From an uncultured bacterium (lineage in GTDB: Bacteria; Auribacterota; Erginobacteria; Erginobacterales; Erginobacteraceae): 64,000 bases of DNA. Below are positions 36,633 through 45,792 of this stretch, piece after piece. The notes beneath the pieces are model-generated. The model did no database searches. It was not told the DNA's origin and saw only the letters and a program-made list of their open reading frames with translations. Location: the NCBI GenBank assembly GCA_963822585.1, contig CAWGIE010000031.1, positions 310,753 through 374,752 of the forward strand. The letters run 5' to 3'. The position numbers and the translations under genes are program-made. Each line of letters begins with the position of its first letter. Within the stretch, counting starts at the first letter, position 1.

Positions 36633-37805
36633 TTAATCACAGATCCATTTTTGAATTCTTTCGATTAAATGACGGGCGAATCTGTCCGATCCCGCCTGGT
36701 TCCAGTGACCGTCATGGGGGAAGAAGCAACTACGGATTTCTTTTTCGTTCATCCCCGAAAAAGCGGAACTCCCATCGATAAAGACCGCATCCAGCATCCT
36801 GGCAAAGAGAAGCACGTCTTTCGGAGGAGGGGCGCCATCGATCAGGCTCTCTCGCGAAGAGATGTTAATGACCAGAACCGGCAGATTATTGACCCGGGCA
36901 AACGAGGCCATCTCTTCGATAAGCCGAACCTGCCCGGGTTGAAAACGGCCGGGGCCGGCCTCGTCTCCGGCATTCTTTGCCGCAGGAGAAAACAGGGTAG
37001 AGACGGCCTGTCCTCCTCTTCTCCCCAGCCAGAGTAATTTTAATAATAAATACGGCCGCCAGGGCCGGGGAAGGTCGGGATGGGCTTTACTTTCCAGGGC
37101 GGCCGTAAATTCTTCATCCGAAAGAATATGCGTGGACGGTACCGGCTTCAAATATTCACGGGCTTCTTCCTGATTTTTTGGCCAGTCAACCGGATTCCAC
37201 GAATCCGTTCGTCCGAACATGTGTTGTTGATAGCCGCGGTGTTCGGTTATGGAGAATTTCCGCTGGAGATCGTTCTCATAGACCGCGAAAATGATTCCGT
37301 CGATTTCAAAATGCTCCTCCCGGACAACCCGGATTAAAATGCTCCACCAGTTGGCCAAACCGGCGCCATCGATTGATAAGTTCAACAGATCCAGAGGACA
37401 TTCCGTCTTCCGGGACAGATCCTCCACCACATCCGGCCAGTTCTTCTCCAGGTACTGGGCGACGGTGAAGGAATCGCCGCAGATAGCGATTCTCCGTCTT
37501 CCCGAGGAACCGCGGGACGGCTGAAAATCATCACGATCGGGGAACCCCCGGTTATTTCCCCGGATCATTCCCGCGTACTCTACCTCCCCGCGGGTAATCC
37601 GGGCAAAACGGGACGGCAGGGGAGTGAGGTAAACACCCAGAACCGGGTCGAAATGAACGGTCTTGCCCGATTCCTGGAACAACCAGGAGGTATCGGGCCG
37701 TTCGATGACGCCATAACGGTAGAAAAGAGTGTATCCGACCTCCAGTAAGAGATATGACATTATCAGGCAAATAAGAATGAACAGTATTTTTTTCTTCAAT
37801 CCCAT
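36633..37805 (-). CDS. SGNH-like (AlgJ/AlgX-type) protein
   Basis: IAICGDSFT, LNLSIDGAG, END and DGHWNQAG blocks; N-terminal TM after MGLKKK (ATG 37805). Confidence 0.75.
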   Translation of the reverse strand: MGLKKKILFILICLIMSYLLLEVGYTLFYRYGVIERPDTSWLFQESGKTVHFDPVLGVYLTPLPSRFARITRGEVEYAGMIRGNNRGFPDRDDFQPSRGSSGRRRIAICGDSFTVAQYLEKNWPDVVEDLSRKTECPLDLLNLSIDGAGLANWWSILIRVVREEHFEIDGIIFAVYENDLQRKFSITEHRGYQQHMFGRTDSWNPVDWPKNQEEAREYLKPVPSTHILSDEEFTAALESKAHPDLPRPWRPYLLLKLLWLGRRGGQAVSTLFSPAAKNAGDEAGPGRFQPGQVRLIEEMASFARVNNLPVLVINISSRESLIDGAPPPKDVLLFARMLDAVFIDGSSAFSGMNEKEIRSCFFPHDGHWNQAGSDRFARHLIERIQKWICD

Positions 37806-37820
37806 ACCCGGCCCCGGATG

Positions 37821-37925
37821 CTTAGTGCACCATTTCATAAATACGGTGGCATTCGGCCGTCGATGCATCCCGGTCTGCGGCGTTGCTCGTCGGTCAAATA
37901 CTGCTAGATGAAAAGATGCACTTAG
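37821..37925. mobile_element. Small MITE-like element
   Basis: Imperfect terminal inverted repeats tagtgcaccatttcat / atgaaaagatgcactta; fills the intergenic gap. Confidence 0.45.
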
Positions 37926-39470
37926 TCATAACTGCGATCGATCCGTTCCCGATTCGACGCCTTCATTCTCACTCCAGTTTACAGAGGGTTCTCTGATCAT
38001 TTGCGTTCCGGATTTCAGCTTCAAACAAATATCTTTAAGGTATCCCTTATCCTCAGGGTTTAAGATGATCAACCAGAGACCGCCGAAATATAAGAGCGGC
38101 AACAGAACAATGCTCAGAGGGAGAAAGGGAATCAGATATTTGCTCAAACCGGCGATGAAACCGGAGATAAAAGCGAGAACGAGCAGTTGAAAGAGGCGGC
38201 GGAAAGGAAATCTGATCTTGATTATTCTCGTCAGGATGAAAATCATACCCCCGGTGGTTACCAGATGGGAAAGTACCTTTGCCGCCGCCGCCCCATTGAT
38301 GCCCCAGTGCCTGGTGAAGATCATCAGAGCGGGCAGGAGAACTACCGCCCCCGCTACATAATTAATGGTGTTCAGTTTAGTGTATCCGCACCCCACCAGC
38401 AGCGCGGAACCGGGATTGGTAATAACGCTCAAAATGAAGGTCCCCCCCAGTATGAGGAGAATATCCGCGGCCGGAGAAAATTCTTTCGTGAAGAGGATGG
38501 TGATTAATTCCCGGCGGAAGATAACCAGGACGAGTGAGGTAAAAAAGAAGACGATCGCGTAGTAAAAAACATTTTTCCCGTAGGCACGGGAGAGAACTTC
38601 TTTTCCCTGAAGCGAGAGCTTGGAGTAAGACGGGACCAGGACCTCGGTCAGGGAAAGCGGGAGTCTCCGGGCGGCGGTAAAAACAACCAGACCGGCGGAG
38701 AACAGGCCCATTTCTTTCACGCCGAAATACATCCCCAGAGTGAACCGATCGAACCATTCCACAAAAAAGGCAAGATAGGACATGAAAATAATCGGAAGAG
38801 CGAACCGGAAGGATTTTTTTATCTCATCGCCTGAGAAAACCGGCCCCAGCATCCCCTGCCGGACGGCCAGGATCGAGCCGAGCAATCCGGATACCAGATA
38901 CCCGGCCACGAGCAAAAGATAAACGGGGAAGGGAGCTACCAGATAGACATACCCGGCTCCGGCGAGCATGGCGATCATTGATGATATCGAGATCACAAAC
39001 GCCCGGATATTCTGAAACAAACTTAAAAAGAGCGTCGATGTCAGCATGGATTGCGCGGACAGAATCAAGGTCAGACCGAGAAAAATAGCCAGGCTGCGAT
39101 CCGCGGGAAGATTCACCAATTTCGCCAGGGCAGCGGTGAAGAACTGGGAACCGATCGCTACCAGCAGGCAGGTGAGAGTAGTAAAGAGAAAGATGGAAGA
39201 GAAAAGTGACCGGGCCCGCAGAAACTGGTTTTTTTCTTCATATTCGGCGACGAATTTAAGAACCGCCCGGGGAAGCGCGAACATGGATATCGTTCCGAAG
39301 AGACTGAGAAACATCATGAACCCCGCGTACTTACCCATTCCTTCGGGCCCATAAACGCGGGCGATAACCATGCGGACCACGATTGCCATGGCCAGGGACA
39401 GGGCGCTCCCGAGAAAGGTGATCGTCCCGGCCCGGATGATCCGATGTTTGATTGATGATTTAGTGCCCAT
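37926..39470 (-). CDS. wzx: Oligosaccharide flippase (Wzx/MOP family)
   Basis: ~14 TMs; IARVYGPEGMGKY, FALP, DRFTLG...GLFS and VLVPSYS patterns. Confidence 0.85.
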   Translation of the reverse strand: MGTKSSIKHRIIRAGTITFLGSALSLAMAIVVRMVIARVYGPEGMGKYAGFMMFLSLFGTISMFALPRAVLKFVAEYEEKNQFLRARSLFSSIFLFTTLTCLLVAIGSQFFTAALAKLVNLPADRSLAIFLGLTLILSAQSMLTSTLFLSLFQNIRAFVISISSMIAMLAGAGYVYLVAPFPVYLLLVAGYLVSGLLGSILAVRQGMLGPVFSGDEIKKSFRFALPIIFMSYLAFFVEWFDRFTLGMYFGVKEMGLFSAGLVVFTAARRLPLSLTEVLVPSYSKLSLQGKEVLSRAYGKNVFYYAIVFFFTSLVLVIFRRELITILFTKEFSPAADILLILGGTFILSVITNPGSALLVGCGYTKLNTINYVAGAVVLLPALMIFTRHWGINGAAAAKVLSHLVTTGGMIFILTRIIKIRFPFRRLFQLLVLAFISGFIAGLSKYLIPFLPLSIVLLPLLYFGGLWLIILNPEDKGYLKDICLKLKSGTQMIREPSVNWSENEGVESGTDRSQL

Positions 39471-39479
39471 CTCTCTATT

Positions 39480-40688
39480 TCATGATTGCTCCGGTCTCAT
39501 TAGATTCTTATAGATACCGAGCAAATTCTCAACATATGTTTTCCAATCATATAAACGTTCCGCCTTCCGGCGGGCATTCGTCCCCAGATGCCGACGGAGA
39601 TCCGGCGCGCTCGCCAATCGGTTGATCGCGACGGCAAGGGCGTCAATCAGTTTATCATTATGCTCGCCGGTGGCCGATGAACCCGAGGGAAGCATCCGGT
39701 CTAACAGAATGCCCGTATCTCCATCAGTAATGTAATCGGGCATGCTTCCCACCCGGGTGGCGATAACTGCTTTCCCCGTTGCCATAGCCTCAATCAGGGT
39801 GAGAGGGCTCCCTTCGGATAGAGAAGGGAGTACCAGTACATCCGCCGCGTTCATGTAATCGGGGACCATTTCATGGGGAATTTCTCCCGTGAAGGTGAAC
39901 GCCTCGTTCCGGCCGGAATGAGCCGCACCGTCTCGCAGGGCATCCGCGAGTTCACCCGAACCGACCAGGAGGAATTTCGATCCTTCTTTTGTTTCGAGCG
40001 ATTTTAACGCCGCCTGAAGGAACGAGCACGGGTCCTTGATGGGATGGAAGCGGCCTATAAAAGCGACAACCGTTTCCCCGGGGTCCCAGCCATAACGTCG
40101 GCAGATTGCCGTCCGGGCCTCCGGCCGGGGAGAAAAAATGTCGGTATCGACACAATTAGGCAGTACTGTAACGCGCTGGGGGAGGACGGAATAATTCACG
40201 AGTTGCTCTTTCAGTCCGTTGCCAACGGCGATGAATCGGTCCGTTCTTCGCATCACCCATTTCATCAAAGGCCGCAGCCAGGGCACTTCCCAGTTGAGGA
40301 AAAGTCCCGAACCGTGACAGGTGACGACCAGGGGAATCCGGGAAAATTTCCGAAAAAGGGCGCCGGCAACACCGCAGGGATAGATCTGGTGCGAATGGAT
40401 AATGTCAAAAGGGCTCTCCCGGTGTAGCTTGCGGGCCAGGCAGGCGGCTCGCAGAGAGAAAAGGCGATAGCGAAAGTAATAGACGGGGAGGATGGTGTCC
40501 CGGAGGCGATAAACGCGGACTCCTTCTTTTTTTTCAAAGTCCGGGAAAATCCTGCCCCGATAATTTTTTGAACCGATCAGCGTCACGGAATGACCCGCCC
40601 GAACCAACCGCCGGGAGAGCTCCCAGACGTGGGTTTCCAGACCTCCGACGATCGGGGGCAACGTGGTGGTGATCATGCAGATGTTCAT
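39480..40688 (-). CDS. Glycosyltransferase family 4
   Basis: PPIVGGLETHV, FIGRFHPIKD and EGSPLTLIEAMATGKAVI motifs. Confidence 0.9.
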   Translation of the reverse strand: MNICMITTTLPPIVGGLETHVWELSRRLVRAGHSVTLIGSKNYRGRIFPDFEKKEGVRVYRLRDTILPVYYFRYRLFSLRAACLARKLHRESPFDIIHSHQIYPCGVAGALFRKFSRIPLVVTCHGSGLFLNWEVPWLRPLMKWVMRRTDRFIAVGNGLKEQLVNYSVLPQRVTVLPNCVDTDIFSPRPEARTAICRRYGWDPGETVVAFIGRFHPIKDPCSFLQAALKSLETKEGSKFLLVGSGELADALRDGAAHSGRNEAFTFTGEIPHEMVPDYMNAADVLVLPSLSEGSPLTLIEAMATGKAVIATRVGSMPDYITDGDTGILLDRMLPSGSSATGEHNDKLIDALAVAINRLASAPDLRRHLGTNARRKAERLYDWKTYVENLLGIYKNLMRPEQS

Positions 40689-40914
40689 AGAAATTAGCTC
40701 GCTGCGCTCGCAAATTTATGTAGGATCGTCCTTCACTCCGTGAAGGACTCGTACCGCTGTAGTATCGCCTTGATTTGCGGCAAGCTTGCCGAAACTGCAA
40801 GCGGAGCGACTCCTGCAATTACTACAAAGAATGCCGAAGGCATTCTGATCCTGCAAGTCCTGTCGCAGACCCTGAAGCTTGCCGAAGGGCAGCGCAGCGA
40901 AAGGACGATACTAC
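40689..40914 (-). repeat. ~205-225-bp GTAG-type REPIN/MITE-like element, copy 3
   Basis: Reverse-complement copy ending ...gacgatcctacataaatttgcgagcgcagcgagctaatttct immediately before ATG 40688; fills the whole intergenic space. Confidence 0.85.
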
Positions 40915-41862
40915 TCACACTAACTTTATGTTTTTAACATCGCTAAAAATGGCCGGTCTTTCCGCGGGATCAACATTTTGCCTCCAGGCCGCATAGCGGT
41001 TATAACAGCTGATAAAAAGCGGCATCAGCCCGAACGGCCGAAGTATGCGGGCAAGAGCACCGGATATCCGGTCCCGGCCGCGGGGGTTGATCCGGGGAAC
41101 AATGCGGGTAAACTTCCCGTTGAAATCGATTGCCTGGCCTGCTTCAAGGCGCTTGATCTGCGGCAGAGAGGGATTGACCAGATAGCGGTCGAGTTCGGCG
41201 CCCCTTTTGTATTCAGAGGCGAATTCCCTGTTCTGATATCGTGCCCGTATCCGCTTTTCGATCTGCTGCCGGGACCGGTATGGATAGTGATTCAGGGGCA
41301 AACGGCGCGAGCACTCCCTGGTGAGCCCGAAGGGAACCCGGGCGCAGATACCGTAATTAAGATATGCGGTGTTCTTGAATAAGTCGACTTCACCCGATTC
41401 ATACAGCTCGTAATATTTTCGATCCCGCCAGCTCTGCACCCGGCCGGATCGCCGTGTCTCCTCAATCTCTTCCCTGGTGATGTGAAAATTTACCACGTTA
41501 ACGGCAATGGCATCGGCGCCTTCGGCCTCGGCCAACGCAATGGCATCGAGCGGGTTTCCCTCCAGAAATACGTCCGCGTCAAGTATATACCACCAGTTAT
41601 TCAACCCCAGTTCATTCTTCTTCGCTCCCATGAACCAGACCCGCAGGTAATCCCGATAGACGAAGTCTCGCGAGCAAACGGGCAGTACCGGGCCGAGGTC
41701 GAGATGGCGAACGATCTCCCAGGTCCGGTCGGTGCTGGCATTGTCCACGACGTAAATCCGGTCACAGAATCGCGCGGCATGTTTTAAACAGTCGGCGATG
41801 ATGTCTTCCTCGTTCTTTACGAAGCACACGGCAAATAGTTTTTTACGCGATCGGCAGCTCAT
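40915..41862 (-). CDS. Glycosyltransferase family 2
   Basis: VKNEEDII, VVDNASTDRT and ILDAD (DxD) motifs. Confidence 0.85.
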   Translation of the reverse strand: MSCRSRKKLFAVCFVKNEEDIIADCLKHAARFCDRIYVVDNASTDRTWEIVRHLDLGPVLPVCSRDFVYRDYLRVWFMGAKKNELGLNNWWYILDADVFLEGNPLDAIALAEAEGADAIAVNVVNFHITREEIEETRRSGRVQSWRDRKYYELYESGEVDLFKNTAYLNYGICARVPFGLTRECSRRLPLNHYPYRSRQQIEKRIRARYQNREFASEYKRGAELDRYLVNPSLPQIKRLEAGQAIDFNGKFTRIVPRINPRGRDRISGALARILRPFGLMPLFISCYNRYAAWRQNVDPAERPAIFSDVKNIKLV

Positions 41863-43178
41863 GACATTTCAGGAGGGATAGATTGTCCCTGATGCGCATC
41901 CATTCCGACTAATTCCCGGGATTTGATGATCACGGCCAGGTAAAAGCCGAGCAGCCAGTTAGTCATCGGGGAGAGGAGGATATCCTCGCCGATCCCGATG
42001 CCGAGTCCGGCCCAGAAAGCGGCCACGCTCCCCAGGACCGCCGTCTGGAGGAACCCCGGCGGCAGCGCCTTGATGGTCTGCCAGCCCAGACGATTGAAAT
42101 AAATCACCAGACAGAGAAAAACCAGGGCCTGGAGCAGCCCCCCCTCGGCCAGTATCCTCATGTACATACTCTCGAGAGCCGAATGCGCGTAAGCGGCCCA
42201 TTCTTCCTGGTTCGGCGCCAGAGCCTGGAATCCTCCCGGACCGTATCCCAGGATCGGCTGCTCCTTGAACATCTCGAACGCGATCCTGGTTTTGCTCTGG
42301 CGATAGATGATCCCGGAATCCGCTTTATCCTCAATCAGACGCTCCTGGACCGCCGGTATCAGGAGGATGATGCCGAGGCCCACAGCCAGCAATAGGAAAT
42401 ATTTGAACTTGGGCCGCAAAAAACCGAGCGCGAACAAACCGACACCGCAGCCCGCCCAGGAGCTGCGGGACAGGGTGAAAATCAGGGAAACAATGAGCGG
42501 CACCACGGCGACGAAGAGCATGGTCCTCTTTGACCGGGACAGATGGCCGTGAAAGAGAAAAGCCAGAGGCAACGGCAGGATCAGGGCGAGATAATTTCCG
42601 AAGGAATTGGGATTGACCAGAACCAGCGAGCCCACCCGGCTTCCCTCCGATGACCGAAAAAAGGAGATGATGCCGCTGGCCATCCCGCAGAAGATGAGAA
42701 ACCAGATCACTTTTCTCAGTTGCTCCTCGTTGCTCACCGCCAGCCGGAGGAGAAAATATCCGCTGAGGAAGATCAGAAAATAGGTAATCCATTTAACGCT
42801 TAACGCGAGATCGGCGGAAACCGCGGAAGAGATGATGAAGGTAAAGAGAAAAATCCCCAGAAGCAGATCCAGGGGGTGAAAAAGGAATTTTTTCTTCTGA
42901 TGGATGTCCATCCCGATAAAAAGAACCAGGGAGAGCAGGATGATCTCCTGGTGAAGATAGAGCCGGACAGCACTCCACCAGTAGCGCGGATCGTAGAAGG
43001 TGACACTGCCGATAACCAGGTACAGCGAAAGCTGGGGCTGACTGATCACGAGAATGGAGAAAAAGGTGAGCGAGATAAACGCCTGCAGACGGGCCGGCAT
43101 GAACTGAAGGGCGTTGAGGGTCCGGGCCAGGTAAATGGCAATAAAAGAAAATAGAATGGTAATGATAACCGTCTTCAT
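41859..43178 (-). CDS. O-antigen ligase/polymerase (Wzy/WaaL) family protein
   Basis: NPNSFGNYL, TLSRSSW, PILGYGPGGF and AHS motifs; many TMs. Confidence 0.85.
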   Translation of the reverse strand: MKTVIITILFSFIAIYLARTLNALQFMPARLQAFISLTFFSILVISQPQLSLYLVIGSVTFYDPRYWWSAVRLYLHQEIILLSLVLFIGMDIHQKKKFLFHPLDLLLGIFLFTFIISSAVSADLALSVKWITYFLIFLSGYFLLRLAVSNEEQLRKVIWFLIFCGMASGIISFFRSSEGSRVGSLVLVNPNSFGNYLALILPLPLAFLFHGHLSRSKRTMLFVAVVPLIVSLIFTLSRSSWAGCGVGLFALGFLRPKFKYFLLLAVGLGIILLIPAVQERLIEDKADSGIIYRQSKTRIAFEMFKEQPILGYGPGGFQALAPNQEEWAAYAHSALESMYMRILAEGGLLQALVFLCLVIYFNRLGWQTIKALPPGFLQTAVLGSVAAFWAGLGIGIGEDILLSPMTNWLLGFYLAVIIKSRELVGMDAHQGQSIPPEMS

Positions 43179-45547
43179 TTTAAATTTTCCGGGGGAAAAT
43201 TTAAATCGAGTTTCTTTTTCAGGTTAAGGTAATATTGATTCCTCGGCGCTCTCTGTAAGGCTAATTCTATCTCTTTCTTCGCCCGGGAGATATCCCCGAT
43301 TTCGAGATAAAGCTTTGCTCGAAGATAATAGGGCCGGTCCCAGGCGTGATTCTTCTCGGTTACTCCCTCCCAGAATGTAATAGCGGCATTTTTCCCTTTC
43401 AGCTGATAAATGATCGCGGCTGCTTTTTCGGGATATGATTTATTGCCGGGGGCAATGGCCTGCGCGCCCAGATAATGCTTCAACGCCTCCTCCATCATCC
43501 CGAGGCTCTTCAAGACATCTCCCATCTCCGCCAACCATTCGGCATTATTCGGGGAGAGCGAGAGAGCTTTTTGATAGCATTTTAGAGATTCTTCCGGATC
43601 TCCCGTCCTGGCATAGAGCCGGCCCAGCGCCCGCCAGTTGACCGGCTCGGTGGGGGAGAGGGCGATCGCTTTTTTGAATTCTATTTCCGCCGCTACCCAC
43701 TTTTTACAGCTCATCAGGTGATATCCCAGACTACGGTGATATCCGCTCTCCGGGGGGGGGAGTTCCTTCAAAATTTCATAGTCGTCGGTAGAGCTGAAAA
43801 GGAGCTTGAAGGAGGCATCCCACATGCACTCGTAAATGGCGGTCGCTTTTCGCAGGTTATGAGCGGCCGCAATTAAGTTTCCCTGGAAAAGGTCGTTACG
43901 AGCCAGTTCGTAATAAAGATGAGGGCTCACGGGGTCGAGGGAGAGGGCCTGGCGAAGATATCCTTCCGCCACCGCATAGGAGGAGAGACGCTGATGGAAA
44001 CGGATTAAATCCCAGAGCGGCCTCAGGTCCCGGGGGTTGTTGCGGCGGCCGAGGTTTAAGTCCGCCATAATCGCCCCGTAGAGACCGGCCTTGTCCGGCA
44101 ACCGGTCGAAGAGACCCATCCGGGCGGTGGCCCTCCCGCAGAGCGGCCGGACCGCGTCGGGATCGAGTTCTATCGCCTCCGTGAATGAAGCCTCCGCCTC
44201 CTCCATTTTTCCAGCGGAGAGGAGCCGCTCCCCTTCCCGTCCGGCCCGGGTCGCCCGGTAAAAACGGACCAGGGGAAGAAGGATGAAGACGGAGATGGTA
44301 CCGACGATCAAGAAGCTGAAAACCAGCTTGAACGGGCGACGGGTGATACCGGCCCGGGCAGCCGTCCCGGGGGGACAGACGGAAAGTCCCAGCCCGGCAA
44401 TAACCGTGATCAGGAAGACATTGGCGGGGAGACGGAGGATGAAGTCAAAGACACCATGGACCGTCATGTAGACGAGAGACCCTGCCGCTCCCAGGGCGAA
44501 CAGGCCGCCCAGGGTCTTCGGGGCAGAACCATAATTTTTAATCAGCCGACGCAATACCCCGACCAGGCAGCCCAGTACGACAAAAAATCCGGCCAGCCCG
44601 CCTTCGCCCAAAAGCTGGATGAATTCGTTATGCGCGTGCGGTACCGCGTACCAGACACCGGGCGACTTGAAGAGGGGGTACACGTACTTGAACGTGCCCC
44701 ACCCCCAGCCGGTGAGCGGTCGAGCGAGAAACATCTTCAGGGTGCTTTCCCAGATGGCGAACCGGGTCTGGATGGAGAGGGCATCCAGAGACGTTGAATA
44801 AACCACCGGGGGCTGATATCGGGAATAGAGTACGGCAACGGCGATTACCGCCAGCAGGCAGCAGAAGATGAGAAGGAGCTTTTTATTGTTCTTCTGGGGG
44901 AAGCGAAAGAAGACAAGTACGGCCAGGGCTGAAGATAGAGCTGCCAAAAAACCGCCCCGGGATTTGGTCAGCAAAATTCCCCCGATTAAGACCGGGACGG
45001 CGCCCCGGGATAACCAGGCCAGAGGCCGTTTATCCGCTCCGAGCCCGAAACTGACGGCCAGGGGAAGGATAAGCCCCAAAAAAGCGCAAAAGTGATTCCG
45101 GTTCACGTAGGTCGCGGTCAGCGGGGCGCTGGTGAAGAGATCCCACCCCAGCCGGCTAATCCCGTACAGCGTCAAGAGCACTCCGGCGATGAGGAGCGCG
45201 ATATAAAAGAACAGACGATCACTGTCCCGGGGGGGCATGATGAGCAACGCCGCCAGCAGCAGGGAAGAGGAGATAATCTCCCAAAGCTCGATCTTCCCCA
45301 CTGTGGGGGCGGGGGCGGACAGGTAAACCAGCAGCCCCCCGAAGACAAGAGCCAGGGGAATAAGGTACAGCCGATTCCAGGCAAGGGTGGAGTCGACAGC
45401 CGCCGAAATCGATCCCAGGGAAAAAATAAAAATCATCACCCCGGCCGTAATCGCGATCAGACGGCCTTCCGCAGTCACCCCTCCCCAGTAACCGGCGAGA
45501 AAAATAATCAGGAGAACGATGAAGATAGTGGGTACTTGAGGCTTCAG
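43175..45547 (-). CDS. O-antigen ligase family protein with C-terminal TPR repeats
   Basis: YVNRNHF, TKSRGG, PLTGWGWGTF and HAHNE, followed by TPRs (A..L.P...). Start at GTG 45478 or, more likely, CTG 45547. Confidence 0.85.
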   Translation of the reverse strand: MKPQVPTIFIVLLIIFLAGYWGGVTAEGRLIAITAGVMIFIFSLGSISAAVDSTLAWNRLYLIPLALVFGGLLVYLSAPAPTVGKIELWEIISSSLLLAALLIMPPRDSDRLFFYIALLIAGVLLTLYGISRLGWDLFTSAPLTATYVNRNHFCAFLGLILPLAVSFGLGADKRPLAWLSRGAVPVLIGGILLTKSRGGFLAALSSALAVLVFFRFPQKNNKKLLLIFCCLLAVIAVAVLYSRYQPPVVYSTSLDALSIQTRFAIWESTLKMFLARPLTGWGWGTFKYVYPLFKSPGVWYAVPHAHNEFIQLLGEGGLAGFFVVLGCLVGVLRRLIKNYGSAPKTLGGLFALGAAGSLVYMTVHGVFDFILRLPANVFLITVIAGLGLSVCPPGTAARAGITRRPFKLVFSFLIVGTISVFILLPLVRFYRATRAGREGERLLSAGKMEEAEASFTEAIELDPDAVRPLCGRATARMGLFDRLPDKAGLYGAIMADLNLGRRNNPRDLRPLWDLIRFHQRLSSYAVAEGYLRQALSLDPVSPHLYYELARNDLFQGNLIAAAHNLRKATAIYECMWDASFKLLFSSTDDYEILKELPPPESGYHRSLGYHLMSCKKWVAAEIEFKKAIALSPTEPVNWRALGRLYARTGDPEESLKCYQKALSLSPNNAEWLAEMGDVLKSLGMMEEALKHYLGAQAIAPGNKSYPEKAAAIIYQLKGKNAAITFWEGVTEKNHAWDRPYYLRAKLYLEIGDISRAKKEIELALQRAPRNQYYLNLKKKLDLNFPPENLK

Positions 45548-45751
45548 AAATCTCTCTCCGATTTCGCCCCGCTTTCCTTTCCGGGCGGTATCAGGCGGGT
45601 TCCCCGCTTTAAGGGCCGTTAACCGTTACATCGATCCCGGTAATACCGCGGATGAATATGGAGCTCTATCCATACTAGCCGGCCGGGAGATGGGCAGGAC
45701 AGGTCTGCTTGTTATGCAGCCTGTCCTTTTTACGTCGGCATTGTGCAAAAC

Positions 45752-45792
45752 TAATCCGATTGACGCCTGCTCGGCAGGCATCAATCGGATTA
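45752..45792 (-). terminator. Hairpin overlapping the wzc stop codon
   Basis: taatccgattgacgcctgc-tcg-gcaggcatcaatcggatta, a 19-bp near-perfect stem; T-rich tail on the minus strand. Confidence 0.65.
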
